Notes under the pieces: generated by a model
What the model was told of the DNA's origin: nothing
Seen by the model: the letters and a program-made list of their open reading frames with translations, nothing else
Databases searched by the model: none
Position numbers and translations under genes: made by a program
In this document: in pieces, positions 1 through 12,355 of the stretch
Position numbering within the stretch: position 1 is the stretch's first letter
Layout of the letters: the number at the start of each line of letters is the position of its first letter
From: Lingula anatina
Taxonomy: Eukaryota > Animalia > Brachiopoda
Assembly: GCA_051362555.1 (NCBI GenBank)
Contig: CM120642.1
Location: 28,706,001-28,770,000, forward strand
Direction: 5' to 3'
DNA: 64,000 bases

Positions 1-1174
1 AATGGTGAGTTTCACCCCTAACGGTACAACAACATTGCAACTCGAAAGCGTGTTTAAAGCTCGCAATTGCCTCAAAAGCATTGGATAGGATATGCCATCG
101 TAATTCAATAAAAAACATTGAAATAAATTGTTTTGCTGTATATGGCAGTCTAACGCGCACTGTATGTCCTCAACATTCATTTTATTGTGTGCTTACTAAT
201 AATATTGACCTCTTTGCAAGATATATGCTTCTGTCTATTTCAATATATCAAATTAATTTTATCTGCTAGGTCCGGGGCAATTTTAATCATAAAGCTGCAA
301 AAATTCATTATTTGAAAACTACTTCAAACGCCCATTTTTACGCAGGTCATAAGGCACACAACCATCCATAGTGGCAGAGTTTCCTGTGTTTATGTAATGA
401 AAGAAATCCGCTCTTATCGGAAAAAACAACAGTCATAGCTCTCACCCACACAAGAATATTTGTTGCTCGTCTAACATGACTGCTGATAAACAAATAATAC
501 ACGCGGTAAAACTTTTGATTTGAAGGGGAAATCTTTAAGTCTTGCGCATAAGGTGCTTTGGTGGCAAAATCATCGGATCAGATGTTCTCTTATCGGAAAT
601 AACATCTAAAAGAATGATATTATATTTCTAAGAATGTAATTTCACTCGCACCTTGTTGAAGTCTGCATCGTTATACACGGTCACTCCCAGGAGATTCAAG
701 CGTTATTTTGACGTCATACGCAACATTTAAGCCTTTCGGCAAGAACCGTAGGCGCAGACGCGTGTTCTAAGTGATGACAACACTGTAAGAAGCGTTTCAG
801 ACTTTAAACGGCCTCTAGAGCTGGCGGAAAACACTTCAGATATAAACCATGGGCCGCTGTTAATCTCTTCTGTTGGAAAATGTGCCCACTCAGTCTTAAT
901 TTGTATTAAACTGATCAACTAGTGTTAGGGCGAAGATACAACATGTTGCGGAATGAGAAATACATGTCATTTTCACTTTCCAACTGAACATGCTTACGGC
1001 TGAATCAGGGATAACAGGTCTCTAAACATCGGTAAGCCATAGGGAAAGAAGCAACAACAGACAAAGGCTGTGTAAATTTGCGCTGTGGTTTTGCACAATA
1101 GTAAATAATGTTTTAAGATCTTCAGACAAATAATTCAAATGAGAAACCCACCTGTTCGGTAACTAGAAGAAATA

Positions 1175-2332
1175 ATGGAAGAGGACTGCTACCAATTGAA
1201 TCTTTCTTCAGCAAAGATGCCATTCAATGGTGACTATAGCGGGAATGTCACTTATGCGGTATTGGATGGCGGAGCAGTGGAGGGCTCGGGCTGCCACATG
1301 AATGAAAGTGGCACAGTGTGGGGTTATGGTGATGATGGCCTAATGAAGTTTATGATGGATTTGAGGGAAATATCATCGATTTTATTACCAGTGATATACG
1401 GCCTTGTTCTCGTCGTTGGGATATCCGGGAATAGTTTAGTGATATACGTTATATTAAACAACAAGAAAATGAAGACCTGCCCCAACATGTTGTTTCTGAA
1501 CCTTGCCGTCGCTGACTTACTGTTCTTGTTGTTTTGTGTTCCGCTGCAGAGCGCTGTCGCCATCTCAAAATGGCGCCTTATGATTGGGGACGTGTTATGT
1601 AAGATGTTACGTTTCACGACTTATGTCACCATGGGAGTGAGCGCCTATTCTCTTGCCGTCATTTGCATGTTCCGCTGCAGGGCGATAGCGTCTCCGATAC
1701 GGGCGTCTCAGTTCCTAACCAGACGCCATGCCATTACCGTCAGTCTGATCGTATGGCTGGCTATGCTGGCTTTCAACATACCAACGGCTTTATATTACCG
1801 GGAGATTGGCCAATGTAGTATGCACACGGAGACGGACGTGGAGTTCTATCTACTCTTCTCTATTATAAGCGGTATAGATTTTTTTATACCTGTGACCCTC
1901 CTCGCACTCTCCACGGTAGCCATTGTGTGCCACATCAGGAGAAGCAGGTTTACCCCGGAGAGCGAAACCCTGGTGGCCGCCGGTTATAACCCAAGAATCA
2001 TCGTAGTCCTGGTGGCCGTGACCGCCGTCTTTGTGTTGTGCTGGGGACCGTTCCACGTTAACTTCATCCTCATGATGTTGGAGGTACAGGGGATTAGTCG
2101 AGCCTGGGTTGTGACGTCCATATCATCCATCGTACTGGCCTCGGCCAATTCTTGCCTTAACCCTATCATATATAACTTTGTTTCCAAGGAGTTCCGGAAA
2201 GCGTTCCGCCAAACCATGAGTACGGTGATGAGGTCACGGGAGCACAGCTGCAGCGGACATACTGTGGTCAGTATGAGGTCGCTCCGGACCTCTGCAAGAA
2301 ACACGAACTCTTGCACGTCTAACGAGGTTTGA
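1175..2332 (+). CDS. Intronless class A (rhodopsin-like) GPCR, allatostatin-A/galanin-type neuropeptide receptor-like
   Basis: 385-aa ORF with 7 hydrophobic segments and class A motifs: GN (TM1), NLAVADL (TM2), LCK disulfide Cys, W4.50, CWGPF (TM6), NSCLNPIIY (TM7), helix 8 SKEFRKAF. Subfamily assignment is inference. Confidence 0.9.
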   Translation: MEEDCYQLNLSSAKMPFNGDYSGNVTYAVLDGGAVEGSGCHMNESGTVWGYGDDGLMKFMMDLREISSILLPVIYGLVLVVGISGNSLVIYVILNNKKMKTCPNMLFLNLAVADLLFLLFCVPLQSAVAISKWRLMIGDVLCKMLRFTTYVTMGVSAYSLAVICMFRCRAIASPIRASQFLTRRHAITVSLIVWLAMLAFNIPTALYYREIGQCSMHTETDVEFYLLFSIISGIDFFIPVTLLALSTVAIVCHIRRSRFTPESETLVAAGYNPRIIVVLVAVTAVFVLCWGPFHVNFILMMLEVQGISRAWVVTSISSIVLASANSCLNPIIYNFVSKEFRKAFRQTMSTVMRSREHSCSGHTVVSMRSLRTSARNTNSCTSNEV

Positions 2333-2692
2333 AGGGATTTGAGATGACGTATTAACGTGTCGTTTTCATTGTGATACGAACTTGAAATGCGGACTTAATG
2401 AAGTATGTGTCACGTCATTTTAGAGCGAGAAAGTCGAATTGCAAAAGTAATTCTAAAATGTTAGGCAATATCAGTTTATCGTAGCTATTATGATGCATGG
2501 CAGAAGGCAAATGAGATTTTTTACGTCAACGAAATTCAAGTAACATAAAAATCATGATAATGAGAACTTGCTATCAGTCTGGTGCATCGTTTTGTCAGAG
2601 CTAGTGTAAGTTTTGCTCCCTCATGTAAGTTTACGTAAGTTGCTTACAGTGTTTCAAATACCTTAAAGATGCATTTAAAGTCAAATTTTTTA

Positions 2693-2737
<45 letters not shown>

Positions 2738-3521
2738 GGACCAAATGCCACCATATAGTTCCAAATAGTATAACTTTCAGAAACACCTAAAGAAATCGTT
2801 TCATACTATCCGAAAAATGATATTTGAACTGATTGCTTGTTTTTTACTGTACATAAAAGGGGCAGATAAGTAGGGCCAAAAATTTGAAAAGGTGCAGTTT
2901 TGAACTTTTTATCGCTGAGTGATTAATTCGGTTTACACCTTGGTATGTCGACTTAATTTGAGTTGTATAAGACACTAGTAGAAGTTATTTATGTGCTTTA
3001 CTGGGAATCCAGTTATCACGCTCCACAAACTAGCCAGTTGATTAGACGAAATATACTTATAGTGTACGTAACACCTTTAGCCAAGTCATTTGTAATCTTG
3101 TTCAGCTTTTAGCTTACTTTTTAAGACTTTAGTAAATCCGAAGTTGCATGGCAACATTTACCTTTGTTTTGGTGAAAACGTAAAGAGGCTTACTTCTGAG
3201 ATCGTTTATTGGGAAGGAGAGAATGAACAATAAATTATAACTGAGCATTGGTGCTTTTTGGATTTTTTTCAGCGCGACGTACAAGTAAATACAGACAATT
3301 CGAATCATGAATTCGTTAAATGGCGTTATTGGTAAAGAAAATGAACAGATGTCCAATGTCTGGCCCAGGTATAATAAAAGCTGCCCGAAATTCAGAAAGG
3401 CGGTTTTGGACAAAATTGTTGTAATCCAAATTACTTCAATGGATCTTATGTAGTAATACTGAAAGAACGTTACGTTACATTTAGTTTACCTGTGGATCCA
3501 CAGCATGCCTCTCTTTGGTTG

Positions 3522-3696
3522 CAGGCCCGTAGCCAGGGGGGGTTCGGGGGGGGGGGGGTTCGAAAGAACCGCCCTTTTTGCTGGGAAAAGGTCCACTTTG
3601 GATAAAATTTGATCTAGGTACATGAAGTTTTCATGGGAAAAGGTCCACTTTTTCAGAAAACGAACCCCCCATTTGAAATTGCTGGCAACGGACCTG
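3522..3696. mobile_element. MITE family A, copy 1 (CAGG..CCTG ends, 5-bp TSD)
   Basis: TIRs CAGGCCCGTAGCCAG / CTGGCAACGGACCTG, flanked by GGTTG on both sides. Confidence 0.85.
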
Positions 3697-6600
3697 GGTT
3701 GCCTCTCTTGGTTGCTATTTCGTGCTGCTTCTCTGCTGCCTTCGTCACATTGGAGTCTCAGGTGGAAGCGATGAAGAAAAATAATGAGCTTCCGATGTGA
3801 TCAAGGCAGAGAGAAGATGCAAGAAACAAAGATAAATAGTGATGAGTTAGCATTGTAAATTAATGCCTTAACCAATCCCTACACATTAACTTCGATATTT
3901 TAACAACTTGAGACCCGGTCACTGAGAGGAGTTAAAGATACGCGTTGAAATGTGATGAATGGCATGCACTGACGGATTGGTAATGAGAGACAAAATAAGC
4001 ACAGAATTCGAGGTCTGATTAATAACTCGACATTGGCCATTGACGTCAACACCAGGCATAGTACAATGCTCTCTTTCAACTCCGGCAAAACACCGTTTGT
4101 TATGAGACTTTCTCTGATGCTTCCCTTTTGATGCCGCATGCTTGCATGCCAAAATTAAAGGCACACTCCATTGGTTTGAAAATCCACAAGTGGCTATCTT
4201 GACATCAACAGCTTCTTATAAAACCTTACATACACGTTGAAAACAATCTAATCCCTTTAATGTTTTTTTCTGGAATCTGATGTTGATACTTACATAATGC
4301 GTTATAGGAATATAGTCGCTGGTTATAATCACAGGCCAGCCATTTTAAACCAAATCAACCTTAATGAATTTAATTAAAGGTCAAATCTAAGTGTACAGAG
4401 GGATGGATAAATGTTTCGTGACTTCGAGAAAATTGCTTATTTCCTCAGAAAATCCATTTTGGTGGGAAAATCCCAAGGAGTTACCCTTTAGTCGAGTTCT
4501 TGTTTTAAATTTCTTTTTTTTTTTCACGCTCCGAGACGCATTTTTGACACCTTTCCTTAAAAGCAAAGACGGGACTGCTGACTCAGACCTAACAGTTCAT
4601 ACTTGCCATTGTGTGCCAGCTTATTAATTATATTTGCTTAATTGACCTTTGTTTCCAGTATGCGTGGAAAACAAGTGTGATTTGACAAACGACACTTGAG
4701 AAAAGGGCGTTTGGGCAATTACGAGACACGAGAGGGCAATTAAGGTACAATGTAGGTGCTTAATACTAATCGAAGGTTCGAAGCATGTGGTTTGGTTAAC
4801 AAAAATAACAGAAAACAATCGAAGGAAATCTGAAACAACAAAAACAACAAAATGGCAACAAGCAAAACAAGACGTTCGCAGTTACGTGTCACAGTGACCT
4901 AGGTCAAGGTGACCAATATTGCTGATAAGAGGTTCTGTATGTCTTTTAGGTGGTATTATAACCTTAAGCCAATTTTAGGTCGCTAGATTCAAAACATAGA
5001 TGATTTCTAGGGCACTGAAGATGGGTGGAAAGAGAAACCATCTCGAACTCATCCAAGAGCCCCGTAAGGGCCTTCTCTGTCGGATTATGTTCCTCTGGCT
5101 TTGTTCTTCCTCGAGGTATCGCATTTACAAACTAAGCATAAGAAATTTCCGAAACATACATGCAGACCATTTGTTTTGGTAAAGTGGATTTGTCATCTGT
5201 CATCAAGAGATAAACGCTTTAAAATCATGCTGATGATGTCTCTGGCCTACAAAAGTAGGTCAAGGTTACCCGTAAAAGGTACCCCCCCCCCCTGCCCCCG
5301 TAACCGCCCCGCAAGCCCACCAGTGTGGCGGTGATTGGCTTGTAGCGTGCAAGCTTTTCATCACTGGTAACTTTGTACTTAGAATGTAAGCACTAACAGG
5401 TTTCTGGAAATCCTTCAAATATCCGAAAGACATAGGAAATGAATAGCAGCATGGTTTTCATGGTAATTATAAAATTTCGAGGTAACTTTCACCAAGTCTT
5501 TGATCTTCAAGAGGCACTTGTAAGTTGACAGTTTATCACGAACTAACGTAATGTCAGCGTTTTATAGGCTAAATGTCACATTCGGTTTCAAGGATTTCTT
5601 TGTCATCACAGCAGCTTTGATTACAATTCCATGGGTAATGGGTTTCTATCACAAAGGTATAGTGCAATTGCGTCCAAGTATATTTTATTTCCACAGACTT
5701 TATTCTCTACCGTGAATCAATTATTTGATAGATAACAATAAGAGTTCCAATAGGCTCACTTTAATAATACCATTAGATAAAGATAATAATAAACGGATAT
5801 AGTGATCCAATTTTCAGAAAACTCAAAACAATTATTTTTGACGAAAGCGTGTCAGCATTTCAGTAATTCTGACTAATAAGACGACAGTATAAATTGAGTA
5901 TCAGTCGGAAGCTGACAGAGAGAGTTCATATACATATAGTTTTCTCATATAGCAGAAGCAATCTGTGAATGTCTTTGCGAATAGTGTGAAACTGCTATGC
6001 TCAAAATTACGCGTGCATGGACACTTTATCCTGCTGTATGTCAGTGCAATACCCTTTTTTTTCTAAAAACAGATGGTCTTTTGTCTATAGCTTGGGAAAT
6101 CAGTTGATACTTGAGAAGCCAATGTTTCGTCTGCTTACAGTCAGAATCCATAAGTGAGTATTCTATTGCTTATCAGCAGGGAAAAGGCCGACACACGCTT
6201 TCTTTGACACAAAAAAATCATCTGCAGTTGAGTATTCTATTTCAACTAAGCCAAAACTCTGCAGAAATTAACGCATTAGCCTATATGAACAGTGGGATTT
6301 AAGTTTAAGATGAGCGTTGATGTTGTGCTGTGACGCAAAAAGAATATCCCCAACAAAGCTCAATCTAAAGGAAAATTGAATTATCCCAATCAGATAATAG
6401 ACAATTTGACAAAATGGCATTTCAGTTTCGTTACGTTATTTGCCTTTTATTAGATGATGGTATAGAAATTATATGATATGATTGGTATGAGATGATATAG
6501 CCGTATTGCATAGCCGAATTCTACATGTATACACGTTTTCCATGCAGAACGAGTAAAATTTACGACGGACTATTATTGATCTCATTATTAGTAGTTCTTT

Positions 6601-8432
6601 ACCGGCCTGCACACACACACACACACGCATTTCATCACACACAAGTGCGCATGCATTACGTTTCACGTTGTATTAATTTTCAAAGAAATTTTAATAACGC
6701 CTAGCTAAATTTTCATCGACAATAACTTCAATACTATTTTCAAAGTAGCTTCAATTGAAAGCGTCCATTTCGCTGAAAAATCCGGTTATTATAAGACGAC
6801 ACCCACAAATTTAGAAGTAAAATGACAGATTGTTGATGTATCTGTTTGGTTTAAAAATATCCTGGTTGAGGCCTTCACATAATTATTCTGATGTCGAAAC
6901 AAAAATGGCAGCAATGAGCCAGCCGGGTACATCTATCGTTTTGATATCCCGTCGACCGAGGACAAGCATAAATAAATATTTAGTCCATTTTTGTCATCTC
7001 AATTAGGATTTTTCCCCATGCCCATGGATTTCCCAGGAGATGACAACTCACCTAAATAAACAATGCGTTTTAAAATTTGACATGGCATGTCGAGTATTGG
7101 GATGATTGCCAATCTGATTCAGATATGATATCGCCAAGAAGTCCTCTACCAAAAGCCAACTGGGTGATGACGTCGTTTCTGAAATCCTTTGCAATAATTC
7201 TCGCTCACAGTACAGTGCTGAATGATACAAAGAAATCTGTGAATAGCTAAAATGGTATTCTTAATTGATAAACACCTTCACATATGAGGTGCAATCAATA
7301 TGCTCCACATTTAATATCATGCCATGCTTTACATCGAACTATATCAAATAAATAAGAAGATAAATATCTACTGTGGCCCTATTAAAGTGTTGCACCAAGA
7401 TGCTCAGTCGGTAATTGAATTTCTGCTAGACAACAGACAATAACAGCATGCACCCGTGACAATGTGTTGACCTGGCTTGCATCGAACACTTACGGTGAAT
7501 TGAATTCAAACCACATCTTGTAATAATCACTGTTTGTTGAATCTTGTCAGCAAACTATATTGCTATGGAAACTTCGGCTGTGAAAGACGTAAAACAAAAC
7601 GCAGTCGAACAATTAATGACAGACCAATTCCTCGATGTTCACTTTTCTTAGAATAACGCAAGCTGATAAGTATACTATACTGTAGGTATTTTCCATACAA
7701 AAATCTATTTAAACTGGAGATGGAATTTGTGAGCTCATAGTCTTTTTTTCGTTTAGTTGTATTGGCTTTTTGTTAGGCGACATTCCAGTTTCATTTAAAA
7801 CATTCCCGTTGGGTGGAGACAAAACTATTAAAATGGCTCGGTTAACTATAATGGAAGAGTGGTCCTGCATGTCATACGTTACAGACTAGCAATTTGATTA
7901 CAAATTTAATTACGGTTGTGTAACTCATGGATTAGCAAGGAGGACTACAATTGATCTGTTTCTATCTATTTTGCAATCCAATCCGTGTGACCTTCACTTG
8001 ACCTGTAATAAGGTCAGGGCCATAATTTCAGTTGGGAAAACGATGCATGTAATGGAAAATGCTCCACTGTGAGCTTTCAGATACTATGCAGTGCGCCAAC
8101 ATTATGGAATTAGATCAGTGTCATTCATTAGCTTAGACATTTCCATTAAGTGTTAAAACTTTATTGTGCTTGATTTAGGCCTATGCTTCTTTTCCTTTTG
8201 AAAATACCTAAAGTCCATTTGTCCATTTATTCTAGCAATCTAATCATAAAAAATGAAAACGTATAGACTCAACCTCAACAGCTTAAAAGGGTAGGAAGCC
8301 ATGCAAGGCTTTTTGTGTCCTTTCTCAATTTTTTTTACTTATATGGTCTCCCAGCCGTGCAAATGTGCGTTTTTCGAAACGTCATCCTGATAACTACTCA
8401 TTCGGCGAAGTGCATGTAGGCCAATATATATT

Positions 8433-8519
8433 TGAAATTTGGCATGATACTACATGCGGAGCATATTGTATATATCTTTCATACAATATGCTGCACATGT
8501 AGCATCATGCCAAATTTCA
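8433..8519. repeat. Imperfect inverted repeat (~39-bp arms)
   Basis: TGAAATTTGGCATGATACTACATGCGGAGCATATTGTAT / ATACAATATGCTGCACATGTAGCATCATGCCAAATTTCA. Confidence 0.8.
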
Positions 8520-9583
8520 TATATCTTACATGTCACAATCTATAAGGAAGATCCCGACTGTGTGTTGATTATTTGACATGTACTCCGTTAACATCATATT
8601 GGTACCTATAGTCAGTATACTTCACGTTGCTGTGCGAATTATGTAACGATATTTCTACAAATGGCTTTCTTATTGCACATGGCGTGATGCGATGAGATAA
8701 TCTCTAGTTGATCACCGGTTTCACAAGCGATGCTGTCAGTGTCACCATGAACAAATGTAAGTGGCAGATGTATTTTATTACTTAAGACCAACGACAACTC
8801 CCGCTTCTTCAATTGATGTATGGTCGAAGTAACAGACAAGATGCATAATTTTTGGATAGAATTTACAGGGATGTTTTTCTCCCACGACAGCCATTTCCTT
8901 CATATATCTAGAAACACGACTTTATAATCGAAATCTTCATTTAGAAACTTGGCAACGTAACGACCTTAGTTGACATACCACACTGAGAAAACAATGGGGC
9001 GCCTCCTCCTTCTGATGACGGTAAACGTGAAGACAGCTTCAAGGACTCCTGGAATAGACAGATGACTGTGAGGCAATTACAGGGCATCTGGGTACGCCAC
9101 AGAGAGTTGACTTGAAATAAATTCTTTCTATTATTGTGGTACCTGGCGACAGAAAAGATAATGATGAATTAAGAGAAAAATGATAAATTAATGTCAAAAA
9201 AACGTGATGGGCTTTCCCATAGCACATTTGAAAAAAAGTCTTCCACGTTTATCATGTAGCTGAAAAGAGTAAATTAATGTCTACGTGTAGTATGCAGTTA
9301 TCGTACCATTAAAAATTGGACGCATGGATTTTCTCATTAAGAGCTTATCTCGACAAAAAGGAAATTTATGGCCAATTCCCCAAGGCGTTAGCATTATGTA
9401 GATTATCTTGCCGTTAACACCTTGACTGGACAGGAAATGATGGTAATAGACATAGTCCTGGGTGACCGCCATCAAAGATAGTTTCTTTCTTGTTTTTCTA
9501 CAAATAAATGAATGGATACATACTTGAAATCCTCATCCTACACAACTAATCCTCGCGCATTTATCTGGTGGGATGCGTTTAAA

Positions 9584-9806
9584 GGTGCTTTCCCAGAGAT
9601 TTAGATCGATCTAAAGATTAAGTTTTAGATCGACCTAACTCCCTGGGCGTTCACGCTAAATTGCAGTCAGCCTAGCGGGCACCATAGTTAATTACCCCCT
9701 TACAGCTTTTAGTAGGCGGGACAGACGCTTAAGCCGGCCAAGCTGACAGTAATCTAGTGAAACTCCCCACAGGGATAGATCGATCTAAAATCTATGGAAA
9801 TGGGGT
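9584..9806. mobile_element. MITE family B, copy 1
   Basis: TIR TTCCCAGAGATTTAGATCGATCTA / TAGATCGATCTAAAATCTATGGAA; homologous to the copies at 20236 and 60748. Confidence 0.85.
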
Positions 9807-11953
9807 GTAATACACAAGTGCTGAGAGTGCAATAGGGTTTTTCTAAAGAAAAAACAATTTTCAGGTAGTTGGTGTCCTCAGAGACACTGATACCCCCTCA
9901 AGGTGATATAAGTCTGCACAACAAAGTTTAGTGTGGTTCCGAGTCTTTTCTCCCTTATTTGAAGGTGGGAAACGGTGGCTAAACATATAAAAAGTGGATT
10001 CCGCCTGTAAATATCACAACATTTCAAAATAAAGTACGTTAAAGTACACAGAAGGTAAGGTACCCCAAGCGGCTTCTTAAAAACCCTCAGTGCCAAAGTT
10101 TTCATATTGCAGTTAACTCCAACCTTCAACGCTATCTAAACTTTTTCTGCATTAAGAACAAAGTAAAAATGTATGAATCCCCACTAGTACATTAAAAAGA
10201 CGCCTGTAGAGCCGCTAAACCAGGCTAAATTTCATTCCTCCAGATTGTCTGCCAGTCTCGGCGCAAACCCCTGGGCGTCCTGTAACATAAGGATGCGCCA
10301 GAAAGTCTATTTAGTAGCCTAAGGGGTTAGGGTTTATGCTACATTTAGACATTTGGTCTACTTTGATCTCGTTTGATTTGCCAGGTTTAATACCAGGGGA
10401 TCACCGAACATGCCGATCTCCCTGGCTTTTGCGGTATAAACTGCTTTTCATTGTGAACAATAGTGTCCTTGGCCACCAGGTCCTGGAAATAAAGTGAGCA
10501 CTGGGCAAAATGCATTGGTAATCTACCTCACCTACGTCTACCAAAACATTCAATACAACCAAAGGGGAATAAAACTCATATCCTAGTCAGTTTTTTTTAC
10601 AATATGCGAATAGATTGGTAAACAATGAATTACGTAAACCCCATTCGGATTACGCTGTCTCTGCACAAACTGGAAGAATAAAACGCAGGAGTGTGGAAAA
10701 GTGATTTGGCAACGTGCACTAAAAGAAAATCAGTTTATGCAGTCGTCGTCATATCAAAAGACTCAATCTGCACTTTAGTTTGGTTATTATAAATAATAAT
10801 AATAATAATAGTAGTAATAATATAAGGGAAGTAAATTGATAATGATAAGTGACAGTGATACTCTATTGTTCTAAGTTGTTTTGACTTAGAGTCTTTCTAA
10901 ATACATTCAACAACTCTTTAGTTATTAGTTTCTTCCCAAACAAATCATTCTTAAATAAATGCAATAATACCCAAGCCCTTTGCAATTTCCCATTGGTAGT
11001 TAAAATAACCACTGAAAGAGGCATGTCATCAGACCACGTACGTGTCCGTTAAGCCTCGGTCGATAATACACTGCCAAGATATCTGCCGGATATTGTAGCC
11101 ATTCCGTGACGTCGCCTACAACAGACCATTTAGGGACAACAACAACAACGATAGAATACATACCATGATTAAGATACGTGCCTTCAGACAAGTCGGGTCA
11201 TTTTTGTTGCATCTCGTTGACATAAAACGAAATTGGAAATTTGTTTCAGAATCAGAATTGCACATTCGCTACACTTGAAGTGGGTACGATACGCTATAAA
11301 GGCCTACATTTAGGAAAATTGCTTTAGGAAAGATGCTTTTAGATAAAATACTTATTTAAATATTATTAAGATATGAAGTAAACTCATTTATAGTAAAATA
11401 TGGCTTTTTTTGTTTTATACCCCACCGCACGGGCCTCTGGACCCAGAGTGGCCAAGTGTTTATCGTCAATTATGCTGCTTTGTTAACATTACCAGGTGCA
11501 AGATAGTCAATCTGTGCCTTAACATTAGGACATAAATAACATAATATTTTTCATTGGGGCCATTCAGAGTAGATTGTTTAAGTACTAACTGATCCGCCGA
11601 CTAAATATGGCCGGCCAAACTTCAAAATCGATACCGCTGATGGTTTACCCGTCTCCACACGCGCCATTAAACGGATTAAATCTCGGCTCCTAGGTTTAAT
11701 TGCTAAGCCCCTGGAGCGACGGCGCGTGTCTCTCTATTTCAGATTGGTAAAGTACAAATTGTAAAAAGAGGTTAGATACTAGTTTTCCTATGTCCGGGAT
11801 ACAATGTGATGAATCAGATATGCAATGTTACTTGTGCTTTCCTTAAAAGCTTTTAAAAATACACAAGACTTTACCGGAGCGGTAACAATGTAGCTGTTAT
11901 AAGGCTGGAGTAATATGCTCAAAAGCTCCAGTTTCCCATCTGTCTAACCCCTC

Positions 11954-12217
11954 CCCCCCTTCACACTGGATGGCATCCTTTCTGCGTCCCGTAATACGGC
12001 ACCGTTTGTGAGTCTAAAAAATGCTTTACGTGCCGACAACTGACCGATTATTGAGCATCCATTCTGCAACCAAAGTGATGCTTGTCAGGGCCGTAGCCAG
12101 CAATTTCAAAAGATGGGTTCTTTTTCTTAAAAACTGGACCTTTTTCTATAAAAACTTAATGTAACTAGATAAAATTTTACCCAGAGTGGACCCGCAAAAA
12201 GGTCCCCGAACCCCCCG

Positions 12218-12256
<39 letters not shown>

Positions 12257-12355
12257 CTACGGGCCTGCTTGTGCTTCCTTTTTACGACCACGGTGATACC
12301 AGTTTCAAGGTCGCACAAAGGACACAGAAAGGACGCCGTCCGGTGTAATGGCCCC
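11954..12355. mobile_element. Harbinger-like MITE hosting MITE A copy 2
   Basis: Inverted ends TTCACACTGGATGGCATCCTTTCTGCGTCC / GGACACAGAAAGGACGCCGTCCGGTGTAATGGCCCC. Confidence 0.65.
12086..12267. mobile_element. MITE family A, copy 2 (inverted)
   Basis: TIRs CAGGGCCGTAGCC / GGCTACGGGCCTG, TSD CTTGT; internal sequence is a diverged reverse complement of copy 1. Confidence 0.85.

Noticed and set aside
2694-2736. Long poly-A tracts here and at 51383-51423 as retrocopy tails
   Set aside because: No recognisable upstream element body or TSD
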